From contig CAVPQB010000002.1 of NCBI GenBank assembly GCA_963707505.1, forward strand, positions 1 to 64,000: a DNA stretch of 64,000 nt, given 5' to 3'. Shown here one piece after another: positions 29,894 through 39,380 of the stretch (position 1 is the stretch's first letter; each line of letters opens with the position of its first letter). The translations under genes and the position numbers were made by a program. This DNA comes from an uncultured Gemmatimonadales bacterium. Its GTDB lineage: Bacteria > Gemmatimonadota > Gemmatimonadetes > Gemmatimonadales > Gemmatimonadaceae. The notes beneath the pieces were generated by a model. That model did no database searches, had not been told where the DNA came from, and was given only the letters and a program-made list of their open reading frames with translations.

Positions 29894-30950
29894 ATGCCAC
29901 ACAACTCGCCGCAGATGCGCGCGCTGGTCGAGTCTCTCTTCCAACCGTCGCATTCAGATAACCCCGACGGCTCCATGGGCGCTGAACTGGAGCTGATACC
30001 GTTTCGCGATCGCTCGCACCAGAGAGTGCTGATAGACGCGAGCGACGAAGGCCCCGGCAGCGCAGACATCATTCGCGACGCGGGAACCACACGCGGTTGG
30101 CGAGAGGAAACCGATAGCTACGGCGCACCAAGCTGGGCGACGCCAGATGGCGGCCACGTTTTCTACGAGCCTGGTGGCCAGATCGAGATCAGTTCACCGG
30201 TATTTCCGTCAGCTGCAGCCCTGGACAAGTTTTTGAGTGAAGTAGTACACGCGATCCGCGACTCGGCGCGCGCCGCGGACGTGGTCTTCCTCAGCAGTGG
30301 CGTCGATCCATACAATTCGCTCGGAACCGTCCCGCTCCAACTCAGTGCACCACGTTACGAAGCGATGACACGCTACTTCGACTCTATCGGCGCGTCCGGC
30401 GCACGCATGATGCGACAGACAGCATCGCTTCAGGTCAGTGTCGAGCTCGGCTCGCGTCCGCTCGAACGATGGAAGCTGCTCAACTCGCTCGCTCCGTATC
30501 TGGTTGCCGCGTATGCCAATTCACCGAACTACGAAGGAAATTCCACAGGCTACGCGAGCTACCGCGCGCGATTGTGGCAGACGCTCGACAACACGCGCAC
30601 GGGATTGCCATTCGACGCGAAAGATCCGATAGAGGCTTACAGCTCGCTTTGCCGAACATGCAGGCCGAATTCTCGACGACGACGCTGCGCACCTCACCAC
30701 ACTATTTCCCGAGATACGCCCGCGCGGTTACTTCGAGATTCGTTCGATGGATTCCATGGAGCCAGACAGGTTCGGCGAAGCGCTGCACTTCATCTCGCGT
30801 CTCGTTCACGATGAAGACCTGGCAGCAGAAGCTCAGGAAATTGTCGGAAACCCGGACGCCAGCCTTCTGCCACGTGCAGCGGAGTCCGGGAGATCTGACC
30901 CAGCGCTCGACGCGCCGCTCAAAGTGCTCGACATACTCGCCGAGGACTGA
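29894..30950 (+). CDS. egtA: Glutamate-cysteine ligase, EgtA/GCS2 family (+1 frameshift at ~30641)
   Basis: GAELE, EPGGQIEISS, MMRQTASLQV and ANSP. The +1 frame continues HLTTLFPEIRPRGYFEIRSMD into ORF 30747-30950. Confidence 0.85.
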
Positions 30951-30975
30951 AACCGATTCGCGACTCCGCGCGATA

Positions 30976-31577
30976 TCACCGCTTCACGACCGCACCCTGT
31001 TTTCGGCGATACACCCACACGCACACGCCGACAAGCACGAGTGCAGCGAGCAGCGCGAAAGCACCGCCGCGGAGATACCGCTCGAGCAACGGCAATTCGC
31101 GTCCGAACGAATAGCCAAGCGCCGCGAATGTCGTCGCCCACAGCAATCCGCCTAGAGCGTTGCAGACCTCGAATACGCCGAATGACATTCCGGCCGCTCC
31201 GGCAACGATGCCCACGATCATCCGGAGGATCGCCACAAACCGTGCGACGATGACCGTCCTGGCACCATTTCGTTCGAAAAATCCGTGCGCCGTCGCCAGA
31301 CGATCGGGGTTCATTCCGAGCCAGCGACCATGCCGGTGGAGCAATGCCATGCCACCCAGGCGACCGATCCAGTAGCCGCCGGTCCCGCCAGCAATCGTCC
31401 CGACCCATGCTGCCAGCACCACCGTCACGATGCTCAGGTCGCCTTCAGCAGCGAGTGCTGACGCCGTGAGAAGTACGATCTCGCCAGGGAGTGGGAATCC
31501 CATCCCTTCGAGCGTGATGAAGCCCGCAACGGCAGCTTCGCCGTATGTGCGAACGAGATCAGTAACTGTCAGGACAT
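30976..31577 (-). CDS. DedA-family membrane protein
   Basis: EGMGFPLPGE, GYWIGR and ARFVAILR. The frame is open to ~31570 (DLVRTYGE), and the ATG at 31577 is out of frame by a small indel. Confidence 0.88.
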
Positions 31578-31671
31578 GCTCTCGGCGAACGCATGCTGGG
31601 GATCACGCATCATCGCAGAAATCAACGCACGGCGCATGCCGCGCCGCAAGTGACGGATTTGTTACGCGCTC

Positions 31672-32550
31672 TCAGGCCACGAATACGGGCTGCACATTCG
31701 CGCGCAGCCGTTGTTCCGCGACTTCAGCGTCGTCGCACCGTACATGCAGTGACGTTGGGATGTCCGGAATACGCACGAGCCTTTCGGTAAGACCGAATGC
31801 TGTTTCCGTGGCGCCGAGAAATAGGTAGCCGCCGGGAATCAGCGCCGAGGCAAGCCGATCCAGCACATCTTTCTTCGTCATCGTGTCGAAGTAGATCAGT
31901 ACATTTCTGCATAGCACGATGTCGAATTGGCCCAGCGATCTGAACGATTCGAGCAGGTTCAACTCTTTGAACGAAACCCGCTTGCGAATGTCGTCGGAGA
32001 GACGGAACCCGTCCGGCGTGCTTGCGAAGAACTGCCGGAGATAGCGATCCGGAAGGCCGCGCTGCACCTCGATCTGTGTGAACACACCGCGACGCGCGCG
32101 GTTCAGGGCCTGCGAGGAAAAATCGGTCGCGATCAGATCTATCCGGACACCGCTCAGCTGCACACCCATTTCCGCGATCAGCATCGCTATCGAATAAGCT
32201 TCCTGGCCAGTCGACGCAGCCGAGCTCCAGATGCGCAACGCGCGACCGCTGCGCCGACAACGCTCGGCCACTTCCGGCAGGATCGTCGTGCGCATTATCT
32301 CGAACGGAACCGTGTCTCTGAAAAAGAACGTCTCGCCAGTCGCCATCGCGTCGCAGACCGCCTTGATCAGCTCCTGATGCGGACCGGCACGCAGGATCAC
32401 GATCAATTCGTTTACCGAACCAAACCCGTAGGCTTTCGCCACGGGCGGGAGCCGGCTCTCGAGGAGATATTCCTTACCCGGCCCAAGCGCCAACCCGCTC
32501 TTGGTGCGCAATAGCGTGCTGATGTACGAATAATCTTCGGGAGTGATCAC
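31672..32550 (-). CDS. cheR: Chemotaxis methyltransferase CheR
   Basis: ETFFFRD, IWSSAASTGQEAYS and CRNVLIYFD. GTGA overlap with cheB. Confidence 0.95.
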   Translation of the reverse strand: MITPEDYSYISTLLRTKSGLALGPGKEYLLESRLPPVAKAYGFGSVNELIVILRAGPHQELIKAVCDAMATGETFFFRDTVPFEIMRTTILPEVAERCRRSGRALRIWSSAASTGQEAYSIAMLIAEMGVQLSGVRIDLIATDFSSQALNRARRGVFTQIEVQRGLPDRYLRQFFASTPDGFRLSDDIRKRVSFKELNLLESFRSLGQFDIVLCRNVLIYFDTMTKKDVLDRLASALIPGGYLFLGATETAFGLTERLVRIPDIPTSLHVRCDDAEVAEQRLRANVQPVFVA

Positions 32551-33623
32551 GACCGGACAGAGCAGAGAGAAGCAAGGTGCGCGGAGATGGACCGCAGCGG
32601 GAGAATCGAACACGGAATTCCGGATGCGACAACACTCCCGGGCATCCCCCAGACCACGCTTGTAGTCTCATCCTGCACAATTACACGCCCACCGGACGCA
32701 GCGACCGCCTGGCAACCCTGACGACCATCATCGCCCATACCGGTGAGCACCACAGCCACCACTCCGTTCGGAAACGCCTGAGCGGCCGTTCGGAACATGG
32801 GATCGGCAGCGGGCCGGCAGTGGTGTTCCGGCGGATCACTGGTGATGTGGAGCGACGGACTGCGCGTGAGGCCGCCGCCAATCACTGTCAGGTGATGATC
32901 ACCGGGAGCGACGTATATGCGTCCCGGCTGGAGCGCTTCACCGTCGCGCGCCTCGTCGCACGGGAGACTGCTCTCTCGCGCAAGACGTTGGGCGAACATG
33001 GTGGTGAAGATCGGGGGCATGTGTTGCGTGACGAGCACGGGCAACGGGAAGTCACGTGGAAGACCGGACACCACTGTCGCGAGTGCGTTCGGGCCACCCG
33101 TGCTTGCCGCGAGCACGAGCACCTGCGGCTCGAAGTCGCCGCCGGGCGAGAGACTGTGACGCCCACCGTTTATCGCCGTCGTCATGTCACCAGCTGTTCC
33201 AGATCCTGCAACTGCACGAATTTTCGCGACCACCTGAGTTGCCGCTGCCTCGACGCCAAAAATACCGCCGCCGCGCGTCGAGGGTTTGTACACATAGTCC
33301 ACCGCGCCAAGGGCAAGCGCGCGCATGGTGACGTTTGCGCTCTCGTGTGTCAGCGAGCTGGTGACGAGTACACGAGCGCGTGGATGTCGCTGCACGATCA
33401 GCGGAAGCGCGGTAAGGCCATCCATCACCGGCATCTCGATGTCCAGCAGGACGACGTCTATCTCCTGCAGCCGCAAGGCGTCGAGCGCGTCCCTCCCGTT
33501 CATCGCGGTAGTCGCCACTCGCATGTCTTCCTGCGCATCCACTATCCGGCCCAGCACGCCACGCACGACGGCTGAATCATCCACGATCAGTACGCGAATC
33601 GGCTGGACGCCAGAGTTTGTCAC
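32547..33623 (-). CDS. cheB: Chemotaxis methylesterase CheB (REC + esterase)
   Basis: VDDS, LLDIEMP, ASTGGP, QHMP, LTGMGDDG and VVWGMP. Confidence 0.95.
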   Translation of the reverse strand: MTNSGVQPIRVLIVDDSAVVRGVLGRIVDAQEDMRVATTAMNGRDALDALRLQEIDVVLLDIEMPVMDGLTALPLIVQRHPRARVLVTSSLTHESANVTMRALALGAVDYVYKPSTRGGGIFGVEAAATQVVAKIRAVAGSGTAGDMTTAINGGRHSLSPGGDFEPQVLVLAASTGGPNALATVVSGLPRDFPLPVLVTQHMPPIFTTMFAQRLARESSLPCDEARDGEALQPGRIYVAPGDHHLTVIGGGLTRSPSLHITSDPPEHHCRPAADPMFRTAAQAFPNGVVAVVLTGMGDDGRQGCQAVAASGGRVIVQDETTSVVWGMPGSVVASGIPCSILPLRSISAHLASLCSVRS

Positions 33624-33656
33624 CGCGCCACCGGAGTTTGGGATGTTGTTTCTCGT

Positions 33657-35669
33657 CTAGATACCGGCGCGCAGCTTGCCGAGGAAGCTGTCCACGGCGC
33701 CGCCGAGGCGAACCGCCTCTGCATTCAGCGCCGCGGCAGAGCCGTTGAGGGCCTCGGCCGTGTGTCCCGACTCACCGGCTGCGACGGTGACACCGGCGAT
33801 GTTGAGCGTCACGTCCGCGGTTCCCCGCGCAGCTTCCGTTACGTTACGGGAGATCTCACCGGTGGCCGCATTCTGCTCTTCCACCGCAGCCGCGATCGTC
33901 CCCGAGATCTGATTGATCGTGCCGATGACGCCGGAGATATCACCGATGTCACGAACGGCGCGAGTGGCGTCATCCTGAACGCTCGCGATCTTGCGCTCTA
34001 TCTCCTCGGTCGCGCGCGCGGTCTGGCGAGCAAGCTCCTTGACCTCGTTCGCAACGACGGCGAATCCCTTGCCGGCCTCGCCAGCGCGGGCCGCCTCGAT
34101 CGTTGCGTTCAACGCGAGCAGATTGGTCTGCTGTGCGATGGACGTGATGACCTTGATGACCTGACCGATCTCCTTGCTGCTCTGGCCCAGCTGAACCATC
34201 GTGCTGCTCGCGCTGGACGCCTGGCGTACCGCATGCTGTGCGACAGTGGACGCCTCCTGTACCAGCCCCGCGATCTCGCGAACACTCGCGGAGAGTTGTT
34301 CCGCGGAACTCGCAACAGTCTGCACGTTCCGCGTTGCCTGCTCGGAGGATGCCGCGACAGCCTGAGCCTGGCACGCAGTCTCTTCCGCCGATGCAGCCAT
34401 TCCCTGAGCACTGGCCTCCACGTCCGCGGCCGACACCGTCACCATCTGAACCACGCTCTTGACGTCGCGCTCGAATTCGTTCGCGAGCGCTACCTGTTCG
34501 GCGGCGCCGCTCACCATGCGCGATACATCGCGCAACATCGTGAGGCGACGCTCGGACGGACGCAACTCATCCGCCGAGATGAATTCCATGATACCAATCA
34601 CGCGGCCCTTCACTATGACAGGGAACGCGACTCCACTGCGCACGTTGGCACGTCGCGCCATCGGCGAGCGAATTGCATCACACTGATCCGCCAGATCAGC
34701 AACGAATGCAAGGTCATGGCTCGCCCATGCGCGGCCAGCCAGCCCCTCGCCCTGCTCGAATGTGCAATCACGAGTGGCACGACGGAAATCCTCGTCGATC
34801 GAGCCGGATTCGACACAAAAACGCAACCTGTTAGCGGCACCGTCGAGCACCCAGTACGTGCCGTACGACCACTTGAACGAGCTGCGGACGAGCTCGAGCG
34901 CAACCTTCGCGATGTCGTCGACCGAGTTGCGCCCGGCATTGGCACGCAGAACGGTGACGAGCACTTCCATGTCCTCTTCCGCTTCGAGGCGAGTAGCACG
35001 CTCGCGCATGCGCTCGAGCGCTGACGACACCAGCTCGGCGACGCGACGAAGCACGTCTATGCGTTCATCGGAAAGTGCGAGCGGCTCCATCACGAAGAAG
35101 TCGAGCGCTCCAACTACCTCGCCACCTACCGATAACGGAAGCGCGATTGCAGCGGTGCATCCCGCTGCCTGTGCGACTTCGCCGCGGCGGTCCTGCAGAT
35201 ACTGCAGATCGTCAACGATGAAGACGTCGCGATAACGCCACGCCTTGCCGACGAGACCATCTGCTTCGGCGTATGCAGCACTGACCGTGACTCTGTGAAA
35301 CTCATTGTTCACCGCGCCCGATTCCAGCGCGAAGCGAAGGTGCTCCTTCTGGTTGTCGGCGCTCCAGTACGATCCGTATGGCCAGCCGAAGCCGGCGCGA
35401 ATTGCTTCCAGCGCGCCGCGTGCTGCTTCAGCCGCGCTTCCAGCCCGCGCGGTGGCGCCGGCGACGTGCATGATGACACGCGCATGAGTCTGCGCTTCGA
35501 ACACTCGCGTCTCGAGCTCGTCCACGACCTGCCGCTCCCGCAGCGCGCCGGCGCGACGGTCCGTCTTGCGGCGCTCAGGCTTCGCCAGCTTGTCGCCGTT
35601 GCCGTTCCTGGTTGACGTTGCGGCCGGAACTGAATCGGTGATGTCGTCGAGGTTGATGCGGGTCGTCAT
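33657..35669 (-). CDS. Cytoplasmic chemoreceptor with two GAF domains
   Basis: IAQQTNLLALNATIEAARAGEAGKGFAVVANEVKELA. Two homologous GAF repeats (WPYGSYW / WSYGTYW) and no TM segment. Confidence 0.92.
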   Translation of the reverse strand: MTTRINLDDITDSVPAATSTRNGNGDKLAKPERRKTDRRAGALRERQVVDELETRVFEAQTHARVIMHVAGATARAGSAAEAARGALEAIRAGFGWPYGSYWSADNQKEHLRFALESGAVNNEFHRVTVSAAYAEADGLVGKAWRYRDVFIVDDLQYLQDRRGEVAQAAGCTAAIALPLSVGGEVVGALDFFVMEPLALSDERIDVLRRVAELVSSALERMRERATRLEAEEDMEVLVTVLRANAGRNSVDDIAKVALELVRSSFKWSYGTYWVLDGAANRLRFCVESGSIDEDFRRATRDCTFEQGEGLAGRAWASHDLAFVADLADQCDAIRSPMARRANVRSGVAFPVIVKGRVIGIMEFISADELRPSERRLTMLRDVSRMVSGAAEQVALANEFERDVKSVVQMVTVSAADVEASAQGMAASAEETACQAQAVAASSEQATRNVQTVASSAEQLSASVREIAGLVQEASTVAQHAVRQASSASSTMVQLGQSSKEIGQVIKVITSIAQQTNLLALNATIEAARAGEAGKGFAVVANEVKELARQTARATEEIERKIASVQDDATRAVRDIGDISGVIGTINQISGTIAAAVEEQNAATGEISRNVTEAARGTADVTLNIAGVTVAAGESGHTAEALNGSAAALNAEAVRLGGAVDSFLGKLRAGI

Positions 35670-35684
35670 ACAGCGTATCTCGGT

Positions 35685-36134
35685 TTATGGGCGAGTATTT
35701 GGTTCATCCAGCAGGCGCGTTACGTCGACAACTGCGAGTAACCCCTGATCCATCCGTACAACGCCGGTACACGCCCTGGCCCAGGCACCGCCAAGACTGG
35801 CCGGAGCTGGATCGAGCGTCCCTGGCGAAACAGCTACGACGTCGCCGACTTCATCGACAACGAGCGCGAACAGCTCGTCGCCGTCGCGGACCACCACATT
35901 CATTGAAGAGTCGGACGCATGGCGGGAAATCTCCAGCCGCTGGTGGACATCGATCGCGGTCACAATCTGGCCGCGAAGGTTGAGAAAGCCAGCGATTCCG
36001 GGACCGGCCAGGGGGACTCGCGCGATTCGTAGATGACCGATCACTTCCTGAACGTCCATGACATCGACGCCAAACCACTGCTCGCCAACGCGAAACGTCA
36101 CCACTTCGCCAGCAGACGCGAGTGTTGCGGTCAA
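35685..36134 (-). CDS. cheW: CheW
   Basis: VQEV...VPLA...GFLNLRGQIVTAID...VVDEVGDV. Confidence 0.95.
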   Translation of the reverse strand: MTATLASAGEVVTFRVGEQWFGVDVMDVQEVIGHLRIARVPLAGPGIAGFLNLRGQIVTAIDVHQRLEISRHASDSSMNVVVRDGDELFALVVDEVGDVVAVSPGTLDPAPASLGGAWARACTGVVRMDQGLLAVVDVTRLLDEPNTRP

Positions 36135-38251
36135 GAGACAGCCCCCCGGCGCGCGCGTTCCATGTAGTACGAGACGTCCAGGACTTCGGTAGCGGCTCCA
36201 TCGATCACTGCAGTTCCAAGCACCCCGGGACGCGTCGAGGCGAGCTCGAGGTTCACTATCTCATCGACGATGTCGCGTATCTCACTCACGGCGATTCCGA
36301 ACGAGGCACTTCCCTCGTTGAATACAATGACTGAATTGCTGCGTCCCGATGTGAACGTCACAGCTGGGCTGGCCGGCACGAGAGGAAGCAGGAATCCGCG
36401 ATACTGAACCATTGCCCGTCCGCCGGCGTATTCGATGCTGTCCGACGCGATCTCCTCCAGGCGTGAGACGCTCGACAACGGCACTGCCTGAACGGCATCA
36501 TCACCGACACCAAAGATCAGGAGACTGTCGGCTGGTTTTTTCGCAGGCTCCTGCACCGTCGTCACCACCTCTGCCACCGCATTCGTCTGCGTTCCGGCAC
36601 GCGCTGCAAGCGCGGCTGGATCAACGATCATCACTACCCTGCCGTCGCCGAGGATCGTGCAGCCGGCGTAGCAGCCGACCGCGCGAATGAGCCGGCCGAC
36701 CGGCTTCACCACAATCTCCTGTGTGTCCACCACGTCATCGACGATTATTCCGAAACGCGCGACGCCAGCCTGACAGATGACAAGGGTGGTGACACCACCA
36801 CGATCGTCGGCGGGAAGACCCAGCGCGTCACCCAGCGTAACCACCGGAACGAGATCATCTCGTAGCCTAAACAGTCGGACATTGTGCAGAACATCGAAGC
36901 GTGCAAGCTGTTCGTCGGACAGCCGGATCAGCTCGAGCACGCTAGCCTGTGGAAACGCGAACATCTCTCCACGCGCGCTCACGATGAGCGACGATACGAT
37001 CGCGAGTGTAAGTGGGAGACGAACACGAATAGTGCAACCCTGCCCGCCGACTGACTGCAGATCCACGGCGCCACCGACGCGCTCGATGTTGCTGCGGACA
37101 ACGTCCATGCCGACGCCACGCCCACTGATGTGCGTCACTTCAGTGGCGGTCGAGAAGCCAGGCTCGAAGATGAATCGCAATACCTGGCAGTCACTCATCG
37201 CGTGTGCCTCTTCCTTCGACACCAGACCGCGCTCGATTGCAGTGCGCCGCACCTTGTCCGCGTTGATTCCCTTGCCGTCGTCGGTCACCTCGACGATCAC
37301 GTGGCCGGCTTCGTGATACGCATTGAGTACTATCTTGCCTGTGGCAGGCTTTCCTGACGCACGCCGAGCGTCCGGAGATTCGATTCCGTGATCCGCGGAG
37401 TTGCGCACCATGTGCGTGAGCGGATCCTGCAGAGCCTGCACCAGCTGGCGATCCAGCTCGGTCGCGGCACCCTTCATGTCGAGCTCGATTTTCTTCCCGG
37501 TTTCGCGTGCGATGTCGCGCACGATGCGGGGCAGCTTGCTCCATGCCGAACCCACCGGCTGCATGCGCGTTTTCATCACTGCGCCTTGCAATTCCGCGGT
37601 GATTCTGTTCAACTGCTGAACGGGCGGTCCGAAGGGTGAGTCTTCATCCCTGGACGACATCTCGAGGAGTTGATTGCGGCTGAGCACGAGCTCCCCCGCG
37701 AGATTCATAAGCGCGTCGAGCAGCTTGACACTCACACGGATCGACGACGGTGCGACGCTGGTCTGGTCGGCTGAAGTGCCCCGTATCGCCGAGAACGCAT
37801 CCGGCGACATTGCCAGTTCGAGCGTGGCATTAGCGATTGCCTCGGGACCTATCGCGATTGCGTGGCGGGGGGCGTCGGAGCCAAGCCATTGCTCCAGCAA
37901 TGCGATCAGAAGCGAGTCGTCTCCGGCCGGCTCCGTCTGGTTTGCCGCGAGCTCGGTCAGAATCGTCTTGATTACGTCGACCGCTCGGAGAATGTCGGAG
38001 ATGACGGCCGGCTCAGCCTTCAGGGCCCCAGTGCGAAGCCTCTCCAGCACCGATTCGGCGGTGTGCGACACCGTCTCCAGGCGCGGAAGGCCGAGAAATC
38101 CGCAGGTTCCCTTGATCGTGTGGATCGCGCGGAAGATCGAGTTCAGAAGCGACGCGTTGGACGGATCGCGCTCCAGCTCGACCACGTCCTGATCGAGCTG
38201 AGCGAGGTTCTCCGTACTCTCGGCGAGAAAGTCTTTGAGCAGATCGTCCAA
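36131..38251 (-). CDS. cheA: CheA histidine kinase (Hpt, dimerisation, HATPase, two CheW-like domains, no evident P2)
   Basis: IFRAIHTIKG, HMVRNSADHGIE, SGRGVGMDVV and LPLTLAI. TTG start after GGAG. Confidence 0.95.
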   Translation of the reverse strand: MDDLLKDFLAESTENLAQLDQDVVELERDPSNASLLNSIFRAIHTIKGTCGFLGLPRLETVSHTAESVLERLRTGALKAEPAVISDILRAVDVIKTILTELAANQTEPAGDDSLLIALLEQWLGSDAPRHAIAIGPEAIANATLELAMSPDAFSAIRGTSADQTSVAPSSIRVSVKLLDALMNLAGELVLSRNQLLEMSSRDEDSPFGPPVQQLNRITAELQGAVMKTRMQPVGSAWSKLPRIVRDIARETGKKIELDMKGAATELDRQLVQALQDPLTHMVRNSADHGIESPDARRASGKPATGKIVLNAYHEAGHVIVEVTDDGKGINADKVRRTAIERGLVSKEEAHAMSDCQVLRFIFEPGFSTATEVTHISGRGVGMDVVRSNIERVGGAVDLQSVGGQGCTIRVRLPLTLAIVSSLIVSARGEMFAFPQASVLELIRLSDEQLARFDVLHNVRLFRLRDDLVPVVTLGDALGLPADDRGGVTTLVICQAGVARFGIIVDDVVDTQEIVVKPVGRLIRAVGCYAGCTILGDGRVVMIVDPAALAARAGTQTNAVAEVVTTVQEPAKKPADSLLIFGVGDDAVQAVPLSSVSRLEEIASDSIEYAGGRAMVQYRGFLLPLVPASPAVTFTSGRSNSVIVFNEGSASFGIAVSEIRDIVDEIVNLELASTRPGVLGTAVIDGAATEVLDVSYYMERARRGAVS

Positions 38252-38313
38252 GTACCGCGTCTCCAAACGAGGATCGAGGGAGCCGGCAGCAGTGGCACTC
38301 CTCACCCCTTCAA

Positions 38314-38340
38314 TGGTCGGCCTGGATGGGCGAAACTTGA
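38314..38340 (-). promoter_or_regulatory. Sigma28 (FliA)-like promoter of the che operon
   Basis: The minus strand reads TCAA-N15-GCCGACCA, against the consensus TAAA/TCAA-N15-GCCGATAA, ~60 bp upstream of cheA. Confidence 0.6.
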
Positions 38341-38418
38341 CGTTTACCGGGCGGCGGTCGTCTCTCTAGCGGGCCAGGGCCGTCCCATGGCGCCGAGGCG
38401 GATCTGCCGAGGCGGCTC

Positions 38419-38446
38419 TACAGATCGCGCTGGGAGCCACCGATAC
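38419..38446 (+). promoter_or_regulatory. Weaker sigma28-like promoter for the HDOD gene
   Basis: TACA-N16-ACCGATAC, 43 bp upstream of the ATG. Confidence 0.35.
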
Positions 38447-38489
38447 TCAAACGGGTGTCCTTCATCTGTGTCTCTGCCGTACCGATTCC

Positions 38490-39380
38490 ATGATTGAGCA
38501 GCTCACCACCGAGGTCTCGTCGCGGATCGACGCTATTTCCGCGTCCCTGACCACGCAGGAACGCACGGATGACGCTGTGCGCTTTCTGCGCGACATGAAA
38601 GCGGCGCCAGCCACCAGCATCAAGCAGGCCCCACAAGCCGCCCAGCGCGCGCTGTCCAAGACACGCAATCCAGATATCGGCATGGCCGAGCTCGTTCGGG
38701 TGGTCGAGGAGGATCCGACGCTTGGGCAGGCGCTTCTGCGTTACGCAAACTCGGCCTACTACTCGACCGGCAGCACGGTCGTATCGCTGCGTCACGCGGC
38801 TCAGCGGGTCGGCGCATCCGGCGTCCACAACGTCGTGCTTGGTGTGATGCTGGAAGGAATGCTGTGCAGACCCGGCGGCGAATATCAGAAGATGGTGATT
38901 CAGGTGCGCGAACACCTCGTTCGTACCGCGCCCATAGCGCGAGCAATCGGACGAGGATTCGGGCTGATTCCGGACGAGTGCTTCTCGCTCGCGCTACTGC
39001 ATGACGCCGGCAAGCTGATCGTGTTCGACGTGATCGGCGCGCTCAGACATGAGACGCGGCGTGACGTCAATGTGCAGAAGAGCGTGGTATCGCGAGTGCT
39101 GAAGGAGTTGCACGAGCCGCTGGGCGGAATAGCCGTGTCGCACTGGGGGCTCGGCGACTCCGTTGCTGCGGCTATATCGACGCATCACCGCGATCCGGTT
39201 CCTGCCGAACAAAATCGGATGAGCGAGGTGCTGTTCATCGCGGAGCGCGCGGAGCATTCACTATCTGGCGTGATCAAGCGAGACGTCGCCGCATGGTGGG
39301 AGCAAGGCGCTATTTCAGGTGATGCTGCTCGTGTCGAAGAGTTGATCTCGGCCTATTCGGAGAGCGAGCTCGCTGCGTAG
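38490..39380 (+). CDS. HDOD-domain protein
   Basis: EDPTLGQALLRYANSAYY, LLHDAGKL, and WGL...AISTHH. Confidence 0.92.
   Translation: MIEQLTTEVSSRIDAISASLTTQERTDDAVRFLRDMKAAPATSIKQAPQAAQRALSKTRNPDIGMAELVRVVEEDPTLGQALLRYANSAYYSTGSTVVSLRHAAQRVGASGVHNVVLGVMLEGMLCRPGGEYQKMVIQVREHLVRTAPIARAIGRGFGLIPDECFSLALLHDAGKLIVFDVIGALRHETRRDVNVQKSVVSRVLKELHEPLGGIAVSHWGLGDSVAAAISTHHRDPVPAEQNRMSEVLFIAERAEHSLSGVIKRDVAAWWEQGAISGDAARVEELISAYSESELAA

Noticed and set aside
33657..35669. GAF domains as bilin photoreceptors
   Set aside because: No phytochrome DIP or cyanobacteriochrome CH chromophore motifs are visible.
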